Of a DNA stretch of 64,000 nucleotides, positions 1 through 10,361 are shown one piece after another. Position 1 is the first letter of the stretch. Each line of letters opens with the position of its first letter. The position numbers and the translations under genes were made by a program. The stretch comes from an uncultured Poribacteria bacterium (GTDB lineage Bacteria > Poribacteria > WGA-4E > WGA-3G): assembly GCA_951813565.1 (NCBI GenBank), contig OX638351.1, positions 896,001 to 960,000 of the forward strand, given 5' to 3'. A model generated the notes under the pieces. The model was not told the DNA's origin. It was given only the letters and a program-made list of their open reading frames with translations, and did not search any database.

Positions 1-260
1 CCTTGCAATACAAATCTGCGACTGATAATCCGGTCTAAATACGCCTGTTTTTCTGCCTCAGTCGGTTCACGCGAAAGTGGTTTACCCAAAATAGCATCAA
101 TCCGAAATTCGTTTGTAAGTTCGCTTTGGGTAATTGGTTGTCCATTAACAACGGCAATCACAGAGTCTATAAGGGTTTGTGCGTCCGCATTCCCGATAAA
201 CAGGAAGAGTAGAAAGACAATGTATTGTGCTATGTTTGAAAGGTGTTTTGGTATGTTCAT
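1..260 (-). CDS. SurA N-terminal domain / peptidyl-prolyl isomerase-like exported protein (runs off window)
   Basis: Manual translation of minus strand from ATG at 260: MNIPKHLSNIAQYIVFLLFLFIGNADAQTLIDSVIAVVNGQPITQSEL...; signal peptide plus D-x-V-IAVVNG-x-PIT-x-SEL motif. Confidence 0.75.
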   Translation of the reverse strand, partial: MNIPKHLSNIAQYIVFLLFLFIGNADAQTLIDSVIAVVNGQPITQSELTNEFRIDAILGKPLSREPTEAEKQAYLDRIISRRFVLQ

Positions 261-397
261 GGCTTGATATAATAGCGTAATTTGAGGTTTAATTCAAGGA
301 ATTTTGTTAGGTGTGGGCACTTAAAGATTGATTGAATTTGTTTGCTGAATGTGTTATCATTATTCTCAAGAAATCCGAATTGTGCGGGAGAAAAGTG

Positions 398-2047
398 ATG
401 CAAGGACTTGTTAACGCCTCTTACAACTCCAGTTTTGTTTACGCTAATAGTCCGCAGGCTCGTAAACAAGATAGTACCGAGGCATACAATAACCAAGGCG
501 CTGATCATGATCAAGGACCTGTTAATGCCTCTTATGACTCCAATTTTATTTATGCTAATAATACACCGTCTCGTAAACAGGATAGTGCTGAGGCATACAA
601 TGATCAAGGCATTGATCATGCCAAAAACGGTGAGTACGATCTTGCCATCACCTACTTCAACAAGGCGATAGAACAGGATCCGGGTCATGTGCGATCCTAT
701 TGTAATCGTGGAGTTACTTACTATTGCAAAGGTGAACATGAAAAGGCAATTAAAGACTTTAACAAGGCTATTAAACTAACTCTAGTTTCGGAAACTCCTA
801 ATGATTCACGTCATTGGATAATTTATAATAATCGCGGTGCTGCTTACGGCAGTAGGGATGAACATGTGAAAGCTATTAAAGATTTCACAAAGGCAATTGA
901 ACTAAATTCACGCGATGCTGGTGCCCACAACAATCGTGGACTTGTTTATGGGAACGTACTTGATTTTGATCGGGCAATCGAGGATTATAACATAGCAATA
1001 GAACTAAACCCAAAATATTCTGAAACATATAACAATCGTGGTATAGCTTATTATTACAAAGGTGAATATGATCGAGCAATAATAGATTATGACAAAGCAA
1101 TAGAACTGAATCCAGATCATGTTTTAGCCTATAACAATCGTGGACTTGCTTATAATCTAAATGGCAAACCTGACTGTGCAATAGAAGACTTTGACAAGGT
1201 AATAAGACGAAAGCCTGACTATGCTGAGGCATATTACAATCGCGGGGCTATCTATGGCAATAAAGGTGAAGTTGATCTTGCCATTAGAGACTCAAGTAAA
1301 GCGATAGAACTCAATCCTGGTCATACTGAAGCATATTACAATCGCGGCGGGGCGTACCTCACTAAAGGCCTTGTTGACAAGGCAATCACAGACTTTACCA
1401 CAACAATAAAACTCAAACCTAATGATGGCTGTGCTTATAATTATCGCGGAGTTGCATATTTCAACAAAGGTAATTTAAGCCAAGCTATTGAAGACTTTGC
1501 CAAAGCGATAGAACTCAACCCAGATTTTGCTGAGACATACCACTACCGCGGTAAGGCATATTATGTCAAAGGGGATTTGGAAAAGGCTATCGTGGACTAT
1601 ACCCAAATGCTTGTTCTGAAGCCAAAGGTTGCCGAATCCTACTACATACGGGGTGAGGCGTACTTGCGCGCGAAGCAGTGGGAAGAAGCGAAAAGAGACC
1701 TTACTGCTGCCATCCTCCAAGATGTGGATATTCGTGAGGTATTCCTTAACACACACGAAAGTTTTGATGCTTTTGAGAAGAAAACGGGGACTAAACTGCC
1801 GGAAGACATAGGGCATCTGCTATCTTCGAATCCAGAGTCTTTTGAAATTGATAAAGATGCGCGTATAGCATTGGCAATGAAGTATTATGAAAATGAAGAA
1901 CTCAGCAGTGGACTCGCTGCACGACTTGCCGGTGTGTCACGCGAAAAATTTTGGTATCTGATGGGGGATTATGGGCTTTCTCTTTTTGGTACAGCTGAAG
2001 ATCTGAAAGAGGAGCTTGAGAATGCCCGTAAAGCCAATCATCAGTAA
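398..2047 (+). CDS. TPR repeat protein with C-terminal UPF0175-like (HTH antitoxin) domain
   Basis: About 11 TPRs (AY.NRG.AY...G..D.AI.D..KAIELNP); C-terminus ARIALAMKYYENEELSSGLAARLAGVSREKFWYLMGDYGL...EDLKEELE; GGAG before ATG 398. Confidence 0.85.
   Translation: MQGLVNASYNSSFVYANSPQARKQDSTEAYNNQGADHDQGPVNASYDSNFIYANNTPSRKQDSAEAYNDQGIDHAKNGEYDLAITYFNKAIEQDPGHVRSYCNRGVTYYCKGEHEKAIKDFNKAIKLTLVSETPNDSRHWIIYNNRGAAYGSRDEHVKAIKDFTKAIELNSRDAGAHNNRGLVYGNVLDFDRAIEDYNIAIELNPKYSETYNNRGIAYYYKGEYDRAIIDYDKAIELNPDHVLAYNNRGLAYNLNGKPDCAIEDFDKVIRRKPDYAEAYYNRGAIYGNKGEVDLAIRDSSKAIELNPGHTEAYYNRGGAYLTKGLVDKAITDFTTTIKLKPNDGCAYNYRGVAYFNKGNLSQAIEDFAKAIELNPDFAETYHYRGKAYYVKGDLEKAIVDYTQMLVLKPKVAESYYIRGEAYLRAKQWEEAKRDLTAAILQDVDIREVFLNTHESFDAFEKKTGTKLPEDIGHLLSSNPESFEIDKDARIALAMKYYENEELSSGLAARLAGVSREKFWYLMGDYGLSLFGTAEDLKEELENARKANHQ
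401..622 (+). repeat. In-frame 111-bp (37-aa) tandem duplication at the N-terminus of the TPR protein
   Basis: 401-511 and 512-622 encode QG.VNASY.S.F.YAN....RKQDS.EAYN.QG.DH. Confidence 0.9.
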
Positions 2048-2510
2048 TAATAGTCCCCTCGTTTCGCTCTGGGGACTTAACCTTCTTTCTCTGTTTCGGG
2101 ATCTCTACACAGAAGTGTGGATACCACGAGAAGTTGAAAGGGAATTTCTTGGAACGAAAAAAGAAGATCGCCAACAAGCACTCAATGATGCTCCATGGAT
2201 TAAAACTGTTGATTTAACGGATCCGCAAAACGCAGCGGTTTATCAGGGACTTGATGATGGTGAAGCCGAGGTACTGGCTCTTGCTAAAGAACATAATACA
2301 CGGTTTGTTCTGCTTGATGAGAAGAAGGCACGGCAGGAGGCTAAAAGAATCGGACTCATTGTGAAGGGAACGGTAGGTATTTTGTTGGAGGCAAAGAAAA
2401 AGGGTTTGATCCATATGATCAAACCACTTATAATAGCGTTGGAGAATAATGGGATGCATCTGAGCAAACCGTTGATTGATTTAGTGTTACGAGAAGCAGG
2501 TGAGGCATAA
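2022..2510 (+). CDS. DUF3368-family PIN-domain protein (putative toxin)
   Basis: IISNNSPL, VWIPREVERE, LDDGEAEVLALA, LLDEKKAR, GTVGILLEAK motifs; GAGGAG before ATG 2022; overlaps the upstream gene. Confidence 0.85.
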   Translation: MPVKPIISNNSPLVSLWGLNLLSLFRDLYTEVWIPREVEREFLGTKKEDRQQALNDAPWIKTVDLTDPQNAAVYQGLDDGEAEVLALAKEHNTRFVLLDEKKARQEAKRIGLIVKGTVGILLEAKKKGLIHMIKPLIIALENNGMHLSKPLIDLVLREAGEA

Positions 2511-2602
2511 TAGAGATCAAACTGGAGACCATTACTAATGGTTATGGGATGCGTAATTGGAAAGTCGCGACCGGGAGGTCGCTCCTACAGAAGAGTTACC
2601 TT

Positions 2603-3833
2603 TTATTCCACCAATCCAATCACACCGCAACCAATACGAGAACCGCCACCCGGTCTAACCCCTAACGCTTTTAGCACAGAGACAATCCACTCGCCAAACG
2701 CTGCATCGTCCCCTTGGAAGTAACCTAATACCCACGCAGTCGTCCGATCATCCAGAAAACTGGTAAGCAGAACGTTATAACCAGCCATGTCAGCAGGATT
2801 TTCTAAGTCTATTCCCGAAGCGATATAGAGATGCGTTAACCGTTTCTGCATCTCCTGTTCAAAATCTGCAGGTGTTCCAGTAGGAAAAGTCTGCTTATAT
2901 TGATTTGTAAAGAAATCAGGGTCTACGGGCAATCCTATAGATATAAAGAATTCTTGGTAGGCAGCTAAATTTTTAGGATCAATTTCCAAAAATGCTTGAT
3001 ACGTTTGAGACCCCTTAATCGGAATTGCAAATAAAATTTCCGGATTTGCTAACTGTGTCAGGACTTAAAAAACACTTAAGCAGTAGTTCCAGTAAATCAT
3101 GGCTATGCGGACTCACCGCTTGACCGGGAAGATGATGATCCGCTTCCAAATCTATCTGCTGACCAAGCATTGCCAGTGTGCAAGCGTGAGTGGTTTGTGC
3201 CATCTCTGTTCCCGGCTGCATTTGTCCAATATTATGGGAATGTGTGCCTGTGTCAGCGTGAGGATTTATTTGGAAGGTATCACCTGTTTCATGGATAAGT
3301 ATCAGTTTACCAAGAATATCGGTGCTTGGGTCGCCGCCAACAGACCAGAAAGGTGTTGTAAACTCTAAAACACCTATGCCATCTGTGCCAACCGAAATGT
3401 TGCCAATTTCACCCACACCGATAGGCGGTGTGCCCAGTGTCGCTTCGGCAACAGACACACCGACTGTCCCCGCTTGAACATCCATAGGATGCCAGTGCGG
3501 TCCCACGTCGTCACAACCGCTACCGATATGAAGATGTGCTGCGTGCAAGCCAGAGACAGCATCCTCAATCTCAATCACGACATGAACACCGCTGTCAGTC
3601 TCCGTGAACATGGCTGTTCCAGTCAAATCACTTCCGTCTATTGCAGATATGGTAGCAACTGCGACTTTATCGCCGGGTTCGGCAGTGATAACCTCTGTCG
3701 GAATCCTTTCGCAACCAATAACTAACCATGTTGTCAAAATGAGAACGAATAATAAAACACAGGTATAAGATTTAACAATTGGTAAATTGTTTTTGTAGGA
3801 GGGGTTTGAAACCCCAATTTGTAGGAATAGCAT
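2603..3833 (-). pseudogene. sodC: Cu/Zn SOD-fold lipoprotein with large insertion, split by a +1 frameshift (pseudogene or sequencing error)
   Basis: ORF 3015-3833 has lipobox-like LVIGC, GLHAAHLH, GPHWHP, GEIGNI, ILGKLILIHE; ORF 2603-2989 ends in GGGSRIGCGVI; removing one base near 3055 joins the frames. Confidence 0.75.
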
Positions 3834-3944
3834 TGCACCTGTTCAAATATTGCAGTCTGAAAATCGAAATATGCGGTGATGATTATACGGACATGTCTCA
3901 TATTTGTCCCATAGTCATCACCACAAATCTGAAAATGATTCTGT

Positions 3945-4817
3945 TTACGCAATCAAATTATTCGCAGCACGAACAGGTCTAAAAAGCGTCTGCCGTTTAG
4001 GTGGCATTTCTTCCAACAACTTCGGATGTGGATTCCAATCGTGCCACTTGCTATTCACAGTATTATAGCAACTGAAAATTGCCAACCTGTCGTTCTCCTC
4101 GTTTGTCCAGCGGTGTGTGCTGTGTGTCAACGCCTCTGTGAAAAATAGTAATGACCCTGCAGGACATTCGTAAGTATCCCAAATCGGAGAATCTGGGGTC
4201 CGAATACTATCAGGTGCGGTATAGACTGCCTTATGGCTTCCCGTAATAAATAAGGTGCCTCCCTGTCTGTATTTGACAGAATTGAGTTCCCAAACGATAC
4301 GAGTCAAACCGCTGTAGGCTCTTCCTGGAATACACCGATAGAGGTGTGAATCACCGGGAAAACGGAGCATACCGTTGCCGTTGTGTGGTCCAAAGTTGCC
4401 ATCTCCGACAGTACGGTAGAATAGGCTACACGATTCCATTCGAAAGCCGTAGCATTCTTGGCTTGAAAGTGCTGGATGCGCGAGAAATTCGTTCAGAAAT
4501 CCGACAACATTAGGATGATCGGATAATTTTTCCATCGGTCCACCGAGAGGTGAACGTTCATGTTCCGGAATAGACTCCGGTTCATGACGAAGACGAAGGC
4601 AGAACTCCTGCATCTCTTCAAGTTCATCACCTGCCAACACGCCGGGGACTAATAGCCAACCGCGCATGTCAAACAGATATTTCTGTTCCTGCGTAGGTGG
4701 CACAACAGGCGTACCGTCGGAGGTAGTTTGTGGGAGTTCGGCATTGTCTACATCAAGTGCCGCGCCCAAGTTTTTATCAACGATAAAAGGCTTTGTATAG
4801 TTTGTTGCTTGTTCCAT
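3945..4817 (-). CDS. Phytanoyl-CoA dioxygenase (PhyH) family Fe(II)/2OG oxygenase
   Basis: QKYLFDMRGWLLVPGVL, GGTLFITGSHK, PAGSLLFFTEALTH...DRL. Confidence 0.85.
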   Translation of the reverse strand: MEQATNYTKPFIVDKNLGAALDVDNAELPQTTSDGTPVVPPTQEQKYLFDMRGWLLVPGVLAGDELEEMQEFCLRLRHEPESIPEHERSPLGGPMEKLSDHPNVVGFLNEFLAHPALSSQECYGFRMESCSLFYRTVGDGNFGPHNGNGMLRFPGDSHLYRCIPGRAYSGLTRIVWELNSVKYRQGGTLFITGSHKAVYTAPDSIRTPDSPIWDTYECPAGSLLFFTEALTHSTHRWTNEENDRLAIFSCYNTVNSKWHDWNPHPKLLEEMPPKRQTLFRPVRAANNLIA

Positions 4818-4841
4818 AATAATATTTCCTAATTTACTTGT

Positions 4842-6041
4842 TTATGTCATCGCTTTCGCGCGTTTCAACGCATCTTCAGAAACATTCAGTGTTTTAGCGA
4901 TGTCTTCATCAGTATGTGAAATGGACATGAACCAGATGTGTCCCTCCGGTAGATATAATCCACCATCTAACGTCGCTTCATAGAATGCTTTACGAAACTG
5001 ACTCTGCTTTTCACCCTCAGCGTTCAAACCGAAAAAAGGCATTGGGCCAATTCCACCGATACGTGCTTGGTCAATACCTAACCGGTCTGTCATCTCCTTA
5101 TAGCCATCTAACAATTTTTGCCCTTGTTTCCACATAAATGCCACACCGTCTTTTGCCTCCAATTCCGCAATTGTAGCAATAGCAGCGGCAACAAGTGAGA
5201 CTTCTCCGTGGAAGGTTGCGGCGACCCATACGCCAGCAACTTCATCCATAATTTCCTGTTTGCCGACTACAACAGCAGTCGCGAATCCATTAGCCAACGC
5301 CTTTCCAAAAACCGACATATCAGGTGTCACACCGAAATACTCCTGCGCGCCACCTAAAGCATATCGGAATCCAGTTTTAACTTCATCAAAAATTAACAAA
5401 GCATCGTTAGAATTCACAACGGATTTCACGTTTTCCAAATATCCTTCTGCAGGTAGGTCGTGCCCGGAGGGTTCCATAATCAAACACGCTATTTCTCTGG
5501 GATGTTCCTTAAAAAGGTCTTCAAGTGCATCTATATCGTTAAAACTTACACTTAGTGTCGATTCAGCACTACCCGGCAGGTGTCCACGAGAATTGTGACA
5601 CCAATCGTGCCAACCGTGGTATCCGCAACGAATTATCTTCTCTTTTTCCGTATATGCGCGGGCAAACTTAATTGCCCCAGTAGTCGCATCGGAACCACCG
5701 ACAAAGTAAGCCACTCTATCTGCAGACGGAATAATCTCAACCAGTTTCTCTGCGAGTTCTATCTCTAATGTATGCCCGACATTATAGACATTGCCGCGTT
5801 CCAATGCCTTGGCGACTGCCTCTATTACAGTAGGATAGGCATGTCCGAGAATCATCGGTCCATATCCCATCAAGTAGTCAATATAGTCGTTTCCATCGGC
5901 ATCCCAAAAATGTGCGCCTTTTCCGCCAGCAACCATAATCGGCTGCGGAGGATTGCTCTGTTTATGTGGTTGTCCACCACCTAACAACGCAGCCTTCGCC
6001 CGTTCTCGCCACGCCAACGATTTTTCAAAACTTCTTCCCAT
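4842..6041 (-). CDS. Class III PLP aminotransferase (glutamate-1-semialdehyde aminomutase-like)
   Basis: WDADGNDYIDY, GYHGWHD, LIFDEVKTGFR, FGKALANG; start MGRSF preceded by GAGGTG. Confidence 0.9.
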   Translation of the reverse strand: MGRSFEKSLAWRERAKAALLGGGQPHKQSNPPQPIMVAGGKGAHFWDADGNDYIDYLMGYGPMILGHAYPTVIEAVAKALERGNVYNVGHTLEIELAEKLVEIIPSADRVAYFVGGSDATTGAIKFARAYTEKEKIIRCGYHGWHDWCHNSRGHLPGSAESTLSVSFNDIDALEDLFKEHPREIACLIMEPSGHDLPAEGYLENVKSVVNSNDALLIFDEVKTGFRYALGGAQEYFGVTPDMSVFGKALANGFATAVVVGKQEIMDEVAGVWVAATFHGEVSLVAAAIATIAELEAKDGVAFMWKQGQKLLDGYKEMTDRLGIDQARIGGIGPMPFFGLNAEGEKQSQFRKAFYEATLDGGLYLPEGHIWFMSISHTDEDIAKTLNVSEDALKRAKAMT

Positions 6042-6332
6042 ATTACACACCTCTACGCAATTTGATAGATAGTATACCATAACTTGCGTCAATTTGAGCA
6101 TTTTTTGTTGTAAATCGTGCAAATTAATGACATACTATTCCAATTAAAGTCGTGGGAAAGTTATAATGAAGTATAAAAATATGTAGACATTTTGGTTTGG
6201 AGCGTTTGTAGTCGCGCAATTCATTGCGCCTCTTATCTTCTTGTAGGAGCGAGCTCCAGCTCGCGACTTTACAGCTCAAACGAGGAAAAACTAAATGTTC
6301 CTATGATACCGAAACCTTTGGAGGAGATGAAA

Positions 6333-7706
6333 ATGGCAGAAAACCTATTAACAGATGAACAGATGCGGCATTTTATCGTGAACGGGTTTGTCACCGTTAC
6401 GACAGCGTTACCGCCAGCATTTCACGATGACATCTTTGAAAGAACTGCTGTTGTGTTTGACAAGGAAGGCAATCCGGGCAATAATCTCTTGCCGAGAATA
6501 CCAGAAATTCAGAGCGTGTTTGACGATGCAAACGTGAAAGGTGCATTGACAAGTCTGCTGGGACCGGATTACTATATGCAACCGCATCGGCATCCGCACT
6601 ATAATCCGCCCGGTAGTAAAGGGCAAGGCATGCATCAAGATGGTGGAAAGCGATGGTCACACCATACACGTCGGTTGCTCGTTTTCTATTATCCGCAAGA
6701 TACACTTGTTGAACGTGGACCGACCGGTGTTGTGCCGATAAGTCATTACTTCAGTACAAATGAAGGTTCGCAAGTATCTCCCGAACGACCCGTCTCTGGT
6801 AAAGCGGGAACAGTTGCCTTTGCTAACTACGACCTGTGGCACCGTGCCATGCCGAATCAGACTGATAAGAGGCGTTACATGATGAAATTCCTCTATGCTC
6901 GGATGACGGAACCGCAAGAACCTACGTGGGCAAATAAAGAGACAGAATGGGCAAACGGCACAGCAATCGGACCGGCGGAACATCAGGAGATGTTTAAACA
7001 TCTGTGGAACTGGCATCTTGGACCAAAGCACAGTGATTCGCCATCTTCACCTAACGGTGAATCGTTATCAGATTTAATCAGCGCGTTGAACAACACGACT
7101 GAATCAACGGGATTGCGGGCTGCATATCAAGTGCCAATGTTTGGCGAAAAAGCTGTGCCAGCACTGGTGAGATGTTTGCATGAGGAATCGGATATGACTC
7201 GCCGAAACGCATGTTATGCGCTCAATGCAGTGGGGACTCCTGCTGTGAATGCGTTGCAAGATGCCTTGAAAGATTCACCTGAACATGTTCGTGCGAATTC
7301 TGCAGAAGCACTCGGAGACCTTGGGACTAATGCAGAACCCGCCGTTCCTGCATTAGTTGAGGCATTAGAAGATGAATCTGCCAATGTCCGGGCACGCGCG
7401 ATTGAGTCGTTAGGCACAACGAGTCAATCAAGTTCGTTAGCAGTTCCAGGATTAATTAAGGCATTAGAAGATACGAATGGTGGGATCAGACGTAATGCTG
7501 TGTTTGCGCTGTGTCGGATTGGTAAAAATGCTGCGGACGCAGTTGAAGGTTTGGAAAATCTACTTTTTGATGAGAACCGTTATATTCGTGGCAATGCGGT
7601 GCATGCGCTTTACCGTATTGGCACACCACAAGCAAAATCGGTGCTTCTTAATTATTTGGAAGGCACGCGTTGGTGTGCATTGACGAACCGCGAAACCACG
7701 TTTTAA
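6333..7706 (+). CDS. PhyH dioxygenase fused to C-terminal HEAT/PBS-lyase repeats
   Basis: HQD, GPTGVVP.SH, DLWHRA..N....RYM; repeats AVPALV..L.DE...VR..A..ALG; GGAGGAG RBS. Confidence 0.85.
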   Translation: MAENLLTDEQMRHFIVNGFVTVTTALPPAFHDDIFERTAVVFDKEGNPGNNLLPRIPEIQSVFDDANVKGALTSLLGPDYYMQPHRHPHYNPPGSKGQGMHQDGGKRWSHHTRRLLVFYYPQDTLVERGPTGVVPISHYFSTNEGSQVSPERPVSGKAGTVAFANYDLWHRAMPNQTDKRRYMMKFLYARMTEPQEPTWANKETEWANGTAIGPAEHQEMFKHLWNWHLGPKHSDSPSSPNGESLSDLISALNNTTESTGLRAAYQVPMFGEKAVPALVRCLHEESDMTRRNACYALNAVGTPAVNALQDALKDSPEHVRANSAEALGDLGTNAEPAVPALVEALEDESANVRARAIESLGTTSQSSSLAVPGLIKALEDTNGGIRRNAVFALCRIGKNAADAVEGLENLLFDENRYIRGNAVHALYRIGTPQAKSVLLNYLEGTRWCALTNRETTF

Positions 7707-7876
7707 GATTATTGTGGTTGGACTACTGCTCCGCTTTATTGTAGGGCGGGGTCTCTGTGCCCCGCCTAATGTATAAACACGCATGAGGTGTTGATTTAGT
7801 CATTCAGTGTTTGTAGTCGCGCAATTTATTGCGCCTCTTTGAATTCGTTACGGCACGCGGAGCGTGCCTACTACTT

Positions 7877-10069
7877 TTAAGCAGACTGAAACGCAGCATA
7901 AATCTCCCGTGCCCGACTTTCAACATCCTTTAAATAGGTCTCACCGATTTGTACGCGGTAAAGTTCAGTGAGGTTACCACTTGTCTCACCAAAGGCTTTG
8001 GCATAACGCCGGCATTCCTCCTTATCAGGACCGGAGGCATAGGCTTTTGTCTTCGCATCTGTCCCAGACTTTCTAACCTCAACAAACTTATCCGCAAACT
8101 TAAGGTAAGTTCCATCCCCGACAAATCGGACACTCTCAAGTGTCGTAAAATCGAGATCCGGAAGCGCGTCAGAAAGGATAGCACGCGCTTGTTCCATATC
8201 TATTTTTCCTTGACGTAGTGCAATGGCAATTCCAAGGAAGAACAGGTCGTTTTTGTCACGTTTCGCTTCGCCTTCCCGTTTTGCTGCGCGCAGTTTTTCA
8301 GGATTCGGTTCAGACTCGTTGTAGTAAGTAATATCTTCTCTCACGTCACACGTTGCGGTAATCCGACTTTCGGTAAAAATGGAGGCGAGATAGTCAGACA
8401 AAGGCATATCCGCCTGTTTGCAGTGCGCTGCAAGTGCTGTGACCAACACCATAGATTCACCTGCTGATTTCTCCCGCATCGCTATGGCGGTCCTTCCACC
8501 CTGACTCTGGATAAGTTCTTCGGGGCCGGTAATCATGCCACCACTCTCTTCACCCGCGAAAATCAGGCGTGGCTGTAAACCAAGCGAAATCGTTTCACCA
8601 TAAATATCTTGGATAACAACTGGCGTGTCTGGTATGTCGGTTATCTGCTTCTCAATCTTTTTCATAATTGCGGCAATTTCTTTGAAACCGACCGGTACAT
8701 TAATCACATTTACCCCATTAGCAGCAGCCCATTGGTCCCAAGCAAGTGCAGAAGGCGTTGTTTTAATCATAAATCGCGGATGGTCTTCCCAAAGTCCTGC
8801 GGTTTTAAGTTGCTTCGTGTGGAAATCCATTAACATCAGAAACGCTTGGTTAGGTGTGTAAATCGTCAATAGCCGATCGTCGTCAAGCATTAGGAAATCA
8901 ACACCAAGACTTTGGAGTGTTTCGGCACGCGATGTTTCTTCTATTTGACAAACGATAAGTCGGTCTCCATCTGGATCGGTTGCCTCAATGATTGTTCCGA
9001 TAGGTTGCTTTTTCAGTTTGGTCGCGTACTCTGCAGATTTGACGACATCAAGAATACTAAAATCGCATCCAAGGTCATAGAATTCTGCCTCGCCTGTTTT
9101 CGGATTTTTGTCCAGTTTTCCGATATTATGATAGAGCGGGTCAGCTTCAACGTGGAGCCAACGCACAGAATCGGCAATACCCAACCGCTCAAAGATCGCA
9201 CGCATCGGGCGATACATGCACCCACCGACACAATCCACAACAATTGGCGGTTTCGTCTGACGGATAAGGTTGAGATTTGCCTCTGTGGCAACACCGCTTT
9301 TGAGATAACCGACATAAAGTTGTACGCCATCGTGAAGTTCGTCTAATCGTTCGAAATCAATATGTTCGTTGTTGACTGTACTAAAATGAATCGGATACCC
9401 CTCCGTATCAGCAGTATTAAGAATCTCCTCAATCTTTTTGACAAACTGCATGGATTCTTCGGGTAGGTATTGACTTCCTTGATTGTTGAGGTCTTTTGTT
9501 GCGTTTTTGGTGCTAACAGAGTGGCTTGATGTGACATGCTCGCCGCCATCCAAGTCAAGCATGAAAATAAGGAATGATGCCATCCAAATCGGCAACGTAC
9601 CAAACCCTTTCGGCACATAAGTCCGTATGCCTTGTGCTGCTTGAATGCGAGCAATGAATTCAACATATTTTTGCGAGTTGTAGCGCACCTCACATCCTGC
9701 AAGTTTTTCTACAGGTTTCCCACCAGATTTTTCCTTTGCAACGAGACTTTTTCCAAGTGTCGCCAAGATAATACCCACCTGATTAATCGGAAAGCGCGTA
9801 TCCCACGGATATAGAATGTTTTGTGGACCGCGTATCCCTGCAGTTGAAACCTGCGCTTCCTTAGCATAGTTACCGAACCATTCCCACAGGTTCAATTGTT
9901 CAATGAGTTCCTTGTTGAGTAGGAATGTGAATGCATCGGGTTCGTCTTGGGGAAAAAGAGGTAATTTGATTGAGTCGGGGGTGTTCTGCTCAACCATTGC
10001 GAAAAGTTGTTGTTCTGTTAGGTTACGTTTGTCAAGGGACGCTGCATCTACAGCAATTACCATCTCCAC
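7877..10069 (-). CDS. Alpha-D-phosphohexomutase (phosphoglucomutase/phosphomannomutase) family protein
   Basis: STAGIRG, TSSHS phosphoserine loop, DPDGDR metal loop, GEESGG sugar-binding loop, RKSGT. Confidence 0.85.
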   Translation of the reverse strand: MEMVIAVDAASLDKRNLTEQQLFAMVEQNTPDSIKLPLFPQDEPDAFTFLLNKELIEQLNLWEWFGNYAKEAQVSTAGIRGPQNILYPWDTRFPINQVGIILATLGKSLVAKEKSGGKPVEKLAGCEVRYNSQKYVEFIARIQAAQGIRTYVPKGFGTLPIWMASFLIFMLDLDGGEHVTSSHSVSTKNATKDLNNQGSQYLPEESMQFVKKIEEILNTADTEGYPIHFSTVNNEHIDFERLDELHDGVQLYVGYLKSGVATEANLNLIRQTKPPIVVDCVGGCMYRPMRAIFERLGIADSVRWLHVEADPLYHNIGKLDKNPKTGEAEFYDLGCDFSILDVVKSAEYATKLKKQPIGTIIEATDPDGDRLIVCQIEETSRAETLQSLGVDFLMLDDDRLLTIYTPNQAFLMLMDFHTKQLKTAGLWEDHPRFMIKTTPSALAWDQWAAANGVNVINVPVGFKEIAAIMKKIEKQITDIPDTPVVIQDIYGETISLGLQPRLIFAGEESGGMITGPEELIQSQGGRTAIAMREKSAGESMVLVTALAAHCKQADMPLSDYLASIFTESRITATCDVREDITYYNESEPNPEKLRAAKREGEAKRDKNDLFFLGIAIALRQGKIDMEQARAILSDALPDLDFTTLESVRFVGDGTYLKFADKFVEVRKSGTDAKTKAYASGPDKEECRRYAKAFGETSGNLTELYRVQIGETYLKDVESRAREIYAAFQSA

Positions 10070-10361
10070 GCTCCAAAAAAGTTTTTACAGTTATTATAGC
10101 ATATACACCATATTTTGTGGACAGTTAATTGCGTGGGATTTGTTAGGTTATAGGTTGGGCAGTAGGGCGGTGATGTGGTGGGTGTAGATATGGTGTTTTC
10201 CATTGAATTCAAGTGTAGGCATAGGGAACTCCGAGAAAAAAGATTTGCGATTCATAAGATAAATTTTAACACAAAGTCGCGTTGGGTATCAAGCAATTTT
10301 CCTTAAAACTATTTCTTACCAGAAGATAAGATTTTCATTAACATCAACCTTTCTCTGTCAT

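Noticed and set aside
4842..6041. hemL assignment
   Set aside because: GSA-aminomutase-like, but it lacks the typical N-terminal PGGVNSPVR motif and haem gene context.
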